A stretch of 46,484 nt of DNA from Desulfobacteraceae bacterium (GTDB lineage Bacteria > Desulfobacterota > Desulfobacteria > Desulfobacterales > JAABSP01), in contig JAABTM010000005.1 in assembly GCA_011389855.1 (NCBI GenBank), positions 1 through 46,484 of the forward strand, written 5' to 3'. Positions within the stretch are counted from its first letter, which is position 1. Each line of letters opens with the position of its first letter. Shown in pieces: positions 1 to 11,469 of the stretch. The translations under genes were made by a program, and so were the position numbers. The notes under the pieces are model-generated. The model was not told the DNA's origin, searched no databases, and worked only from the letters and a program-made list of their open reading frames with translations.

Positions 1-1
1 A

Positions 2-222
2 TTGAAGAAATGGCAGAGCGAGGAGACGGGACTGGTGGTTTCCATCAATCAATATGGAGACGGCGAGCCCAAGGTCCAGATCGGTCCCCGGATGGTGATG
101 AAAAAGGACGGCACGGAAAGCCAGCGGAAGGCCGGGCGCTTGACGGTCGAGGACCTGATGTGGTTTTATGATATTATAGACGAAGTGAAGGAGGATCTTT
201 CGGGCCGGGTGGGACCCGGTTG

Positions 223-223
<1 letters not shown>
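2..223 (+). CDS. Hypothetical small protein, probably 5'-truncated by the window edge
   Basis: Open frame from the window edge with typical codon usage. Its TGA overlaps the next ATG (TGATG, 221-225). Confidence 0.7.
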
Positions 224-3302
<3,079 letters not shown>

Positions 3303-3303
<1 letters not shown>

Positions 3304-3341
3304 AAAGAAAAAGGCGATTTATCTGAACTGGATAAATCGCC
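3303..3341 (-). terminator. Intrinsic terminator between convergent acyP and hup
   Basis: 11-bp perfect stem ggcgatttatc (3313-3323)/gataaatcgcc (3331-3341). The adjacent A-rich tract reads as a U-tract on the minus strand. Confidence 0.8.
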
Positions 3342-3371
3342 CCGAAAAATGGGTGGTTCGGCCCGGTCGGG

Positions 3372-3653
3372 TTAGACGGCCTCTCTGAGCTTTTTTCCCG
3401 GCTTGAATTTGACCACGTTGCTGGCCTTGATTTTGATGGGTTCGCCGGTCCTGGGGTTCCGTCCCTTGCGGGCCTTGCGGCGGATCTTGGAAAAGGTGCC
3501 GAACCCCACCAGGGTCACCTTCCCGTCTTTTTTCTTCAGCGTCGCGATGATATTCTCCATAAAGGAACTCAACGCCTTCGACGCCTCGACCTTGGTGATG
3601 TCGGCGTCCTCCGCCATTTTCTCGATCAATTCCGCTTTGGTCATGCTGCTCAT
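3372..3653 (-). CDS. hup: DNA-binding protein HU
   Basis: MTKAELIEK...VTLVGFGTF..RKARKGRNPRTGE.IKIKA..VKFKPGKKL. ATG at 3653 has a GGGGG SD; the longer upstream ORF extension is not HU-like. Confidence 0.95.
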   Translation of the reverse strand: MSSMTKAELIEKMAEDADITKVEASKALSSFMENIIATLKKKDGKVTLVGFGTFSKIRRKARKGRNPRTGEPIKIKASNVVKFKPGKKLREAV

Positions 3654-3894
3654 CTTCTTTCCCCCTTTAGATTGGTGGTTCCTGTAGCCCCTCTCTCGCC
3701 GTCGAGACAATGCATATAGGAGGTTCCATTCCTTGTCAATACAATTAAGAATAATTGAGCGGCCAGCAAGGCTTTTTTTGCCATTGTCTCTATAAAACCG
3801 CTCTAAAACGGCCATCGCGGGCCTCATTTTCCTTGAATCATTGGTTGTCAACGGTCCACGGCCGCCGGCATGCCGGAGAATGTCGTATCGAGGC

Positions 3895-4860
3895 TTAAAA
3901 AAGGGCCTCTGCGAACCGTGCCGGATCGAAGGTCTGGAGATCCTCGATCCGCTCCCCGATGCCGACGTATTTCAGGGGGATGCCCACGCCGCCGCAGATG
4001 CTCACCACGATGCCGCCCCGGGCCGTCCCGTCCAGCTTGACCAGGGCGATGCCGGTGACGCCGAGGGCGTCGTGGAACATTTTGGCCTGTGAGAGGCCGT
4101 TCTGACCGGTGGTGGCGTCCAGGACCAGGAGCGTCTCGTGGGGCGCATCGGGCAGCTTTTTCCCCATGGCCCGTTTGATTTTTTTCAGCTCTTCCATGAG
4201 ATTGGCCTTGGTGTGGAGCCGGCCGGCCGTGTCCACGATCACCACGTCCTTTTTACGGGCCACGCCCGCTTCCACCCCGTCGAAGGCCACCGCCGCGGGA
4301 TCGGCCTTGTCCCGGTGGCGGACGAAATCGGCGCCGGCCTGATCCGCCCAGATCCCCAGTTGTTCCACGGCCGCGGCCCGGAAGGTGTCCGAGGCGGCGA
4401 TGAGCACCGATTTCCCCTGATCCGCGTACCGGGCGGCCAGCTTGCCGATGGTGGTGGTCTTGCCCACGCCGTTGACCCCCAGAACCATGATAACGTGGGG
4501 AGAGGCGGTGATCGTTTCGTCCACGGCCCCGCAGGTCTCGCCCATGAGATCGACGATCTCGTCGCGGAGGACGGCTTTGAGGTCGTCGGCGGAGTTGATC
4601 TTCCCTTTTTTCCTGGAGACCCGCTCGATGATCTCCATGGCGGGCTGAACGCCGATGTCCGAGGTGATGAGCCGCTCTTCCAGTTCCTCCATGAGGTCGT
4701 CGAACCGGTTGGATCGGAACAGGTCGTCGATGTCGGTGGTCAGGATGTCGCGGGTCTTGGAAAGCCCCTGCCGCAGGCGGCCCACAAAGCCTTTGGCTTC
4801 GATGGTGTTCACGGGGGTTTCTTTTTCTTCGGCTTCTTTTTTCTTCTTAAACCATGCCAT
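3895..4860 (-). CDS. ftsY: Signal recognition particle receptor FtsY
   Basis: GVNGVGKTTTIGKLA, DTFRAAA, DTAGR, DATTGQN, KLDGTARGG. Confidence 0.98.
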   Translation of the reverse strand: MAWFKKKKEAEEKETPVNTIEAKGFVGRLRQGLSKTRDILTTDIDDLFRSNRFDDLMEELEERLITSDIGVQPAMEIIERVSRKKGKINSADDLKAVLRDEIVDLMGETCGAVDETITASPHVIMVLGVNGVGKTTTIGKLAARYADQGKSVLIAASDTFRAAAVEQLGIWADQAGADFVRHRDKADPAAVAFDGVEAGVARKKDVVIVDTAGRLHTKANLMEELKKIKRAMGKKLPDAPHETLLVLDATTGQNGLSQAKMFHDALGVTGIALVKLDGTARGGIVVSICGGVGIPLKYVGIGERIEDLQTFDPARFAEALF

Positions 4861-4870
4861 ACAATATGTC

Positions 4871-7800
4871 CTATCTGCCTTCCAGGTTGACGGAGACCAC
4901 TTTCGAGATCCCCTTTTTCTCCATGGTGATGCCGAACAGGGTGTCGGCGAACTCCATGCTCTTTTTTTTGTGGGTGATCATGACGATCTGGGACTGCTCG
5001 CCGATGATCCGCAACAGCTCGTTGAACCGATAGACGTTGGCCTCGTCCAGGGGGGCGTCGATTTCGTCCATGATGCAAAACGACGCCGGTTTGATCAAAA
5101 AGATGGAAAAGACGAAGGCGATGGCCGAAAGGGCCTTTTCCCCGCCGGAGAGGAGGCTGAGCCGGGTCAGCTTTTTGCCGGGGGGGTGGACCATGAACTC
5201 CACGCCCGTCTCCAGGGGCTTGTCCGGTTCCGTCAGTTCCAGGCGGGCCGATCCGCCGTCGAAAAGGCGGGGAAAAACCTCGTTGAGTTTTTCATTCACC
5301 TGATCGAAGGTGGCCAGGAATTTTTCCTGGGAGATCCGGTTGATCCGCTGGATCACTTCGTGGAGATCGTCCACGGCCTTGACCAGGTCCGCCTGCTGGG
5401 CGAGGAGGAAGTCGTGGCGCTCCTTGAGTTCCGTATATTCCCGGATGGCGCCCATGTTGACGTCGCCGATGGCCCCGATTTTTTTCCGGCATTCGGCCAG
5501 CTCCTCGGCCATGGCCGCGTCGTCCATCGTCTCCTCTACCGCCCCGGATTCGGCCATTTCGGCCCGGAGGTCGGATATGTCGCCGTGGTACCGTTCCGCC
5601 AGCCGGGATTCGATGTTGTCGGCCTTCATCTGTCGCTGGGACTGTTCCATCTCCAGGGACCGGATCGCCTCCTGGGTCTCTTCCCGCCCCCGCCGGGCCT
5701 CGGCGATGGCCGCGTCCTTTTTTTTGAGGTCGGCGTCGATGGCGAAAAATTCCGCTTCGCTCTTTTCCAGGGCCGTGTTCAGATGCTCCAGGTTGGCGTA
5801 CATCACCGTCAGCTTGTGGGATTCGGCGGCGATCTTTTCCTCCGCTTCCTGTTGACGTTTTTCCTTGATGTCGATGTCCCGTCCCAGTTGTTCCAGCCGG
5901 GCGAGGCCGTCTTTCCGGAACTCCCGGAGCCGCCTGAGGGTGTCGCGGCTGTTCTGGAGTCGGCTGTTCAGGGCGGTGAGCCGCATGCGGAGGTCCACGG
6001 TCCGGTCGTTGAACGCCGACAGCCGGTCGGTGAGGTCCGCGGTTTCCGCCTCCTTGCGGGCCGCGGCCTCTCTGGCGTTTTCCACCTTTTGGGCGAGGGA
6101 CGTCAGGGCGGCCCGCGACGCGTCCGCCGTTTCGGCCAGTTCGTCGGCCTCGTCCAGGAGGCGCGCTTCTTCCCCCTGGACGGTCTCCAGGCGGCGTCTG
6201 GCCTGTTTCAGGGCTTCGGCCGCCGCATAGACCGTCTTTTGGGCCGCCAGTTCATCCTCCACCGCTTCCTGGCGGTCTTCGGAAAGGACGTTGCGCTCTT
6301 CCGTCAGCCCGGCCAAGGCCTTTTCCATTGCCGCCCGGGAGTTGCGTTCCGTTTCCAGCGCGCCGTCGAGACGGGCGATTTCCCGAGCGAGGGTTTTCAG
6401 CTCCTGTTTTTTGGCCAGGATGCCGGACAGGGTCTCCGCGCTGCCCCCCAGGAGGATTCCCTGGGCGGTGATCACGTCGCCGCCCAGGGTAACCGCCGCC
6501 TGGGGGGCGTCTCCGTCCCGGGCGAGGGCCATGGCTTCGGACAGGTCGTCGGCCACCCGGACGTGACCCAGCAGGGATCGGCCGATGGCCTCGTACCCTT
6601 CCCGCACCTGGACATAGTCCAGCAGGGGCGAAAAATTTTTCGCCCCTACAGGATTTTCACCAGTGTTTTTGCCGCCGTTCACCGGGCGGATCGACGAAAC
6701 GGGGATAAACCCGGACCGGCCCCTGTTTTCGGATCGAAGAAAGGCCGCGGCCTCGGCGCCCGTCTCGGGGGTCCGGACCAGCACGTATTGGAGGGTCTCC
6801 CCCAGCACCGCCTCCACCGCGGTTTCATAGCCGGGGGACGGCTCCAAAATGTCGGCGGTCAGTCCCAGGACGCCGTCGGGGGGCCGGCCCTCATCCCGGG
6901 TCATGACGGCCTTGACCCCTTCCCGGTACCATTCGTAGGTGTCGGCCATCTCCTTAAGGGCCGCATGCCGGGACTGAATCTTGTCCCGTTCCCGTTCCAG
7001 GGCCTGAACCCGCCGGGTCTGACCGGCAAGATCGTTTCGCCGGGTTTCCAGGGCGTCGTTGAGACCTGCCAGCCGGCTGTCCAGGGTTTTCACGGCTTCC
7101 CCGCGGCGGGCCAGTCTGTCCCGGGCCGCGGCGTCTTCCCGCTCTTTTTCGGCGGCCTCCCGCCGGGCCAGGAGCGTCTCTTCGTCGGCCCGCTTTCGCC
7201 GGCGTTCCAGGCTCTCCTTGTTCTGGAGGGCGTTGTCCAGGGCGGCCCGGTGTCGGGTCTCTTCCTTCAGGAGGTCGTCCAGGGCCGTTTTTTGGGCGGC
7301 CAGGTCCCGGTTGGCATCGGCCAGGGCCGCCTTGAGATCCCGTCCGCCGGCTTCCTCCCGTTCGACGTCGGCCTGGACGTCCGCGGCCTCTTTTTCCAGT
7401 CCGGCGGTCTCTTCGGTTACCTGGGCGATTTCCGCCGCCATGGACCGGTTTTTGTCTTCCAGGGTTTCCCGCCCTGTTTTGAGTTCGCCGATCTCGTCGG
7501 TGAGCCGCCCGATCCTCTCCCGGAGGTGGGACAGGTCGTTCTCGGCCTTGTCGATGGACCGCTGGGTGTCGAACCGGTCCGATTTCCGCTGGGAGATCTC
7601 CTGGTTTTTCCCGTGGCGGGCGAGCTTGATCCCCTCGATGTCGGCTTCCAGCCGCCGGATGGCGGCGGTCTCGGTCCCTTCCGCGTCCTTCAGTTTCCGG
7701 AGTTGCCCTTCGGCTTCCCGGATCCCGGCCGAGAGGGCGTCGTGCCGGCGGATGGAGAGGTTCAGGTCGAGGATTCGGATCCGGGCCTGGAGGGTTTTGT

Positions 7801-8464
7801 ACCGCTCCGCCTTTTTGGCCTGCCGCTGGAGCCCGCTGAGCTGTCGGGCCACCTCGGCGACGATGTCGTTGACCCGGTCGAGGTTGACGTTGGTGGCCTC
7901 CAGTTTCCGCAGGGTTTCGGCCTTCCGGCTTTTGTATCGCGTGATGCCGGCGGCCTCTTCGATGAAGAAGCGCCGCTCCTCGGGGCCGGCGTCGGTGATG
8001 GCCCCGATGTTGCCCTGACCGATGACCGCGTAGGACTTGGCCCCCATGCCGCTGCCCAGGAAGATGTTCTGGATGTCCTTGAGCCGGCAGGGAAGCCGGT
8101 TGAGAAGATAGGCGCTCTCGCCGGACCGGTAGAGGCGGCGGGTGATCATCACCTCGGTGAAATCTTTCAGAACCTCGGGGGCGGTTCCGTCAGGGCCTTG
8201 CCCGTCGTTGGCCATCAACAGGGAAACCTCGGCCATGTTGAGCGGCGGCCGGCCGTCGGTTCCTGCGAATATGACGTCCTCCATGGACTTGCCCCGGAGC
8301 TGCTTGACGCTCTGCTCCCCCATGGCCCACCGGAGGGCGTCCACGATGTTGCTCTTGCCGCAGCCGTTGGGCCCGACAATGGCGGAAACCCCGGGGGGAA
8401 AGTCGATGCCGACCTTCTCCACGAAGGATTTAAACCCGGTGATTTCCATTTTTTTCAGTCTCAT
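4871..8464 (-). CDS. smc: Chromosome partition protein SMC
   Basis: GFKSF, Walker A GPNGCGKS, long coiled coils, hinge (GRSGFIP), LSGGEK signature, MDEIDAPLD; smc-ftsY synteny. Confidence 0.98.
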   Translation of the reverse strand: MRLKKMEITGFKSFVEKVGIDFPPGVSAIVGPNGCGKSNIVDALRWAMGEQSVKQLRGKSMEDVIFAGTDGRPPLNMAEVSLLMANDGQGPDGTAPEVLKDFTEVMITRRLYRSGESAYLLNRLPCRLKDIQNIFLGSGMGAKSYAVIGQGNIGAITDAGPEERRFFIEEAAGITRYKSRKAETLRKLEATNVNLDRVNDIVAEVARQLSGLQRQAKKAERYKTLQARIRILDLNLSIRRHDALSAGIREAEGQLRKLKDAEGTETAAIRRLEADIEGIKLARHGKNQEISQRKSDRFDTQRSIDKAENDLSHLRERIGRLTDEIGELKTGRETLEDKNRSMAAEIAQVTEETAGLEKEAADVQADVEREEAGGRDLKAALADANRDLAAQKTALDDLLKEETRHRAALDNALQNKESLERRRKRADEETLLARREAAEKEREDAAARDRLARRGEAVKTLDSRLAGLNDALETRRNDLAGQTRRVQALERERDKIQSRHAALKEMADTYEWYREGVKAVMTRDEGRPPDGVLGLTADILEPSPGYETAVEAVLGETLQYVLVRTPETGAEAAAFLRSENRGRSGFIPVSSIRPVNGGKNTGENPVGAKNFSPLLDYVQVREGYEAIGRSLLGHVRVADDLSEAMALARDGDAPQAAVTLGGDVITAQGILLGGSAETLSGILAKKQELKTLAREIARLDGALETERNSRAAMEKALAGLTEERNVLSEDRQEAVEDELAAQKTVYAAAEALKQARRRLETVQGEEARLLDEADELAETADASRAALTSLAQKVENAREAAARKEAETADLTDRLSAFNDRTVDLRMRLTALNSRLQNSRDTLRRLREFRKDGLARLEQLGRDIDIKEKRQQEAEEKIAAESHKLTVMYANLEHLNTALEKSEAEFFAIDADLKKKDAAIAEARRGREETQEAIRSLEMEQSQRQMKADNIESRLAERYHGDISDLRAEMAESGAVEETMDDAAMAEELAECRKKIGAIGDVNMGAIREYTELKERHDFLLAQQADLVKAVDDLHEVIQRINRISQEKFLATFDQVNEKLNEVFPRLFDGGSARLELTEPDKPLETGVEFMVHPPGKKLTRLSLLSGGEKALSAIAFVFSIFLIKPASFCIMDEIDAPLDEANVYRFNELLRIIGEQSQIVMITHKKKSMEFADTLFGITMEKKGISKVVSVNLEGR
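6624..6649 (-). repeat. GTAG-type REP-like palindrome inside the smc coding sequence
   Basis: Minus strand reads GTAGGGGCGAAAAATTTTTCGCCCCT, a perfect 24-bp palindrome at 6624-6647. Same arms as the intergenic REP at 33246-33271. Confidence 0.75.
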
Positions 8465-8495
8465 GGACCGAAAATCTCCTCTGCTGAAAACGGGA

Positions 8496-8530
8496 CTCCC
8501 CTCTCTTTTCCGCGGAAAAGGGGAGGGGAG
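8496..8530. other. Strong intergenic hairpin between the protease gene and smc
   Basis: ctcccctctcttttcc / ggaaaaggggaggggag, a near-perfect inverted repeat; may be a terminator or stability element. Confidence 0.5.
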
Positions 8531-8572
8531 CGGGTAAAACGGCTAAAGTTGAAAACGGACGCCGGCGGCCTC

Positions 8573-11233
8573 TCAGGGCTCGGCGGTCCAGGTGTAGTCC
8601 ACCGGCAGGATCTCCTTGTACAGGATCTCGGCCGTTCCTTCCGGGTTGTCCGGGCGGGTGGCCGATTCCATCAGGATTTCCACCTGGGCGACGGTGGCGG
8701 GGATGTCAAGGTAGAAATACCGGGTGACCTTGCCGGTATCCGTCAGGATCAGGGAGGGCTCGTGGTGCTGGCCTCCGTTCCGTTCCACGGGTTTGGCCCA
8801 CATGTAGGCCCCTTCCGGCGCCCCAATCACATAGTCGAAGGTGGCGAAGACCTTCTCGCCGAGTCCAAGGTCGTCGGGGCTTGCCGGGTTCAACAGTATG
8901 TTGAGGGCATAGGTCCCGGGGATCGGATCCGCCAGAAAATCGAGGACCGTCGCGTTGAAGCCCTCGGGCCGGTCGGCGTTGGGATAGGCCCCCGCCCCGG
9001 CGATGCGTTCTTCCAGGAAGGGGGTGTATCCCCTTGCCCGAACGGCCGCGACCGAGGAATCGAAGTCCGGATCATCCTCGCCGCCGATAAGGGCGGTCTT
9101 GTGGGAAACGGCCTCCATTTCCGACAGGCGGGAGTCGGAATCCGGAAAGGTGCGGTCCCAGGGACTGACAAGGACCAGCTTGTCGACCTGTTCAGGATAA
9201 AAGACGGCCATCTGGGCCGCGATGGCGCCGCCCAGGGAGATGCCCGCGATATGGGCCGTCCCGAGGTTCAGTTCCGTCATCAATTCTCGGACGTCGGCCG
9301 TGGTCCGGTGGGCGCCATCGGCCCAGGAGAAGCCATCCAGGGGATGATCCCCCACCAGGCGGCTCGATTCCCCGAAGCCCCGGATGTCGAAGCGGATCGT
9401 TTTGTAGTGTTGGGAAAAAACGGAGAATTGCGGATCCCAGGAATTGAGCCCCTTGAAATCGCCCTGTCCGTCGGTCTCCAGGCCGTGGATCAGGATCAGC
9501 GGTTCGCCGTCGCCGGCCATTTCATAGTGGATTTCGGCGCCGTCGGACATGAGCAAGGTGTCGGCGATCACCGAGGCGCAGTCATGTCGGACCTTCGCGC
9601 CGCCGGCTTCCAGGTCGGGGATGTCCCCGGCGCAGGCGGTCTCCCCCAGGGGGTTGCCCCTGAGATCGATCCAGTCGCCGGCGCCGATGCTTTCGTTGTC
9701 CATCAGGGGGCCGATGTCGGAGACGCTGTTGCCCGAGAGGTCCAGGTCCGTCAGGTGGATCAGGCCGGAGAGCGGCCCGAGATCGCTGACGGCGTTGCCC
9801 GGCAGGCTCAGCATCATCAGATCCACGAGGTGCTGGATGCCCGCCAGATCGGCGATGCCGCTTTCCGGGGCGGAGAGTGTTCTCACGCCCGCAAGATCTT
9901 CGGGGAAGAGGTCGCCCTCGGGGATGTTGACGACGCTCCGGACGGCGGCTTCCAGGGCGGGGTCGGCGAAAACGACCGCCGTTACGGTTTGGACCTTCCG
10001 ATAGGCGATGGTCCATCGGCCGAACCGGGTGTCGCCGGTCGCCTCGCCGTAGGCGATCCGGAAGAATCCGTCCTCGCCCCAGTCCTCGTCCCAGCTGTTT
10101 TTGACGATGAACGCCTCTTCGGCGTCGTCCCAGCCGACGATGAGGACCCCGTGGCCGCACTCGCCGGAGTCGCTTTCGCATCCGCCCCAGACGTGGGAGT
10201 AGACGCCCCTGTCGTAGTAGTAGAAATCCGTGAAGACCTGGAGGAGGGTCACCAGGGGGCCGTAGGCGTAAAGTTCCTGCTTGAGGCGATCCACGGAGGC
10301 GGTCCGGCCGGCGGAGACGAAATGCCATCCGTCGATCTTGACGGGGTCGCTTTCCCAGTCGGCGCAGGCGTTCTCGCATCGGCCGTTCCGGGCCGTGTAG
10401 GGGTAGCAGGTTTCCGGGGCTGTGCCCGATGTGTTGAGAAATTCGGCGGCCGCGTCGATATAACCCCCCCCACAGCCGCCGGCGTCGCCGCAGGAGAGGA
10501 TAATCTGTTCAGACAGGTCGTCGGCGACGACGGGCGAGAGGCCGGCCCTGAGGGCCTGGGATTCCAGGGCCGCGATGGAGGCGAAGGCCCAGCAGGACCC
10601 GCACAGCCCCTGGTATCGGACCGGGGTCACGTAGTTGACGCCGTCCCGGTTTCGCCAGTCGAAGGCGGCCGGGAGTTCCGACGGATCGGGCAGTCCCGGC
10701 GATGATGCGGCGCGGCTGGATCGGCCTGCGCCCAGCCTGTCGGTGAGAGCCCCCAGCAGGATTTGCCGGTCGGTCGCCGACAGGTCCGAGATGGGGGTGT
10801 CCGCGGCCGACCACCGGGCCGACCGGTCGGCGATGGCGTTCTGGATCTCGTTCAGTTCCGACAGGGGCGCCGCGCCGGTTACGGTAACGCTGATCCGTTC
10901 GGAGTATTCGTCGCTGTCGTGGATGGTAAAGGCGGTGGCGCCGGGGGAGACCCCGGTCACCCGGACGGTGTGGCCCTCCAGGGTCGCCCGGGCGATGGCG
11001 CTGTTCTCGTCCCCGCTCAGGGTATAGGGGGACCGACCGCCGTTGACCGTGATCGTCCCGGTCTCGCCGACCGCCACCGTGATGGCGGTCGAGGAGATGC
11101 GCAGATCCGGCCGATCCGACTCGCCGCAGCCCGTTCCCCACGGCAGGAGGCCCGTCAGCAGCATCGTAAGTCCCAAAAGCCAAATCCGGCATTCGGCCCG
11201 CCGCGTTCCGTTATAGGCGCCGTGTTTTTTCAT
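8573..11233 (-). CDS. Putative lipoprotein: Ig-like + papain (C1A) cysteine peptidase + internalin-type LRR + alpha/beta-hydrolase-like + C-terminal beta domain
   Basis: Hydrophobic signal ending WGTG-C. FDWR, QGLCGSCWAF, GHGVLIVGW and VKNSW give the Cys/His/Asn triad. LRR LxxLxLxxN repeats follow an FADPALEAAVR cap. IHG, DIRGFGES and GISLGG mark the hydrolase. Start could be 11233 or 11293. Confidence 0.85.
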   Translation of the reverse strand: MKKHGAYNGTRRAECRIWLLGLTMLLTGLLPWGTGCGESDRPDLRISSTAITVAVGETGTITVNGGRSPYTLSGDENSAIARATLEGHTVRVTGVSPGATAFTIHDSDEYSERISVTVTGAAPLSELNEIQNAIADRSARWSAADTPISDLSATDRQILLGALTDRLGAGRSSRAASSPGLPDPSELPAAFDWRNRDGVNYVTPVRYQGLCGSCWAFASIAALESQALRAGLSPVVADDLSEQIILSCGDAGGCGGGYIDAAAEFLNTSGTAPETCYPYTARNGRCENACADWESDPVKIDGWHFVSAGRTASVDRLKQELYAYGPLVTLLQVFTDFYYYDRGVYSHVWGGCESDSGECGHGVLIVGWDDAEEAFIVKNSWDEDWGEDGFFRIAYGEATGDTRFGRWTIAYRKVQTVTAVVFADPALEAAVRSVVNIPEGDLFPEDLAGVRTLSAPESGIADLAGIQHLVDLMMLSLPGNAVSDLGPLSGLIHLTDLDLSGNSVSDIGPLMDNESIGAGDWIDLRGNPLGETACAGDIPDLEAGGAKVRHDCASVIADTLLMSDGAEIHYEMAGDGEPLILIHGLETDGQGDFKGLNSWDPQFSVFSQHYKTIRFDIRGFGESSRLVGDHPLDGFSWADGAHRTTADVRELMTELNLGTAHIAGISLGGAIAAQMAVFYPEQVDKLVLVSPWDRTFPDSDSRLSEMEAVSHKTALIGGEDDPDFDSSVAAVRARGYTPFLEERIAGAGAYPNADRPEGFNATVLDFLADPIPGTYALNILLNPASPDDLGLGEKVFATFDYVIGAPEGAYMWAKPVERNGGQHHEPSLILTDTGKVTRYFYLDIPATVAQVEILMESATRPDNPEGTAEILYKEILPVDYTWTAEP

Positions 11234-11387
11234 CGAATCTTTCCTCTCGTTGTTCCAGTGCGTTGTAAACCGTGGTTCGTGCCCATTGTGCATTCATAAG
11301 GAAAGCGATCCCACGCTAACAAAAACCCACTCGAAATTCAAACGGAAAAGGGACCGGCCGGGGCGCGGGAGCGACAGATGGAGAATA

Positions 11388-11422
11388 TGATGGGGCCCCA
11401 AGAGGTAGGAGGGGCCCCATCA
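11388..11422. other. 12-bp inverted repeat/hairpin in intergenic region
   Basis: tgatggggcccc (11388-11399) ... ggggccccatca (11411-11422). Confidence 0.45.
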
Positions 11423-11469
11423 CGCAGCGCGGTAGGTGGGGTTTGGGGGCGGGAGGGTTTGACCGTCGA

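Noticed and set aside
3654-3851. Extended HU N-terminus
   Set aside because: Promoter-like AT-rich DNA. The SD and the HU fold start at 3653.
4655-10705. 2016-aa plus-strand ORF
   Set aside because: Antisense shadow of smc and the protease gene. Stop-free antisense frames are expected with high GC3 codon bias, and it has no motifs.
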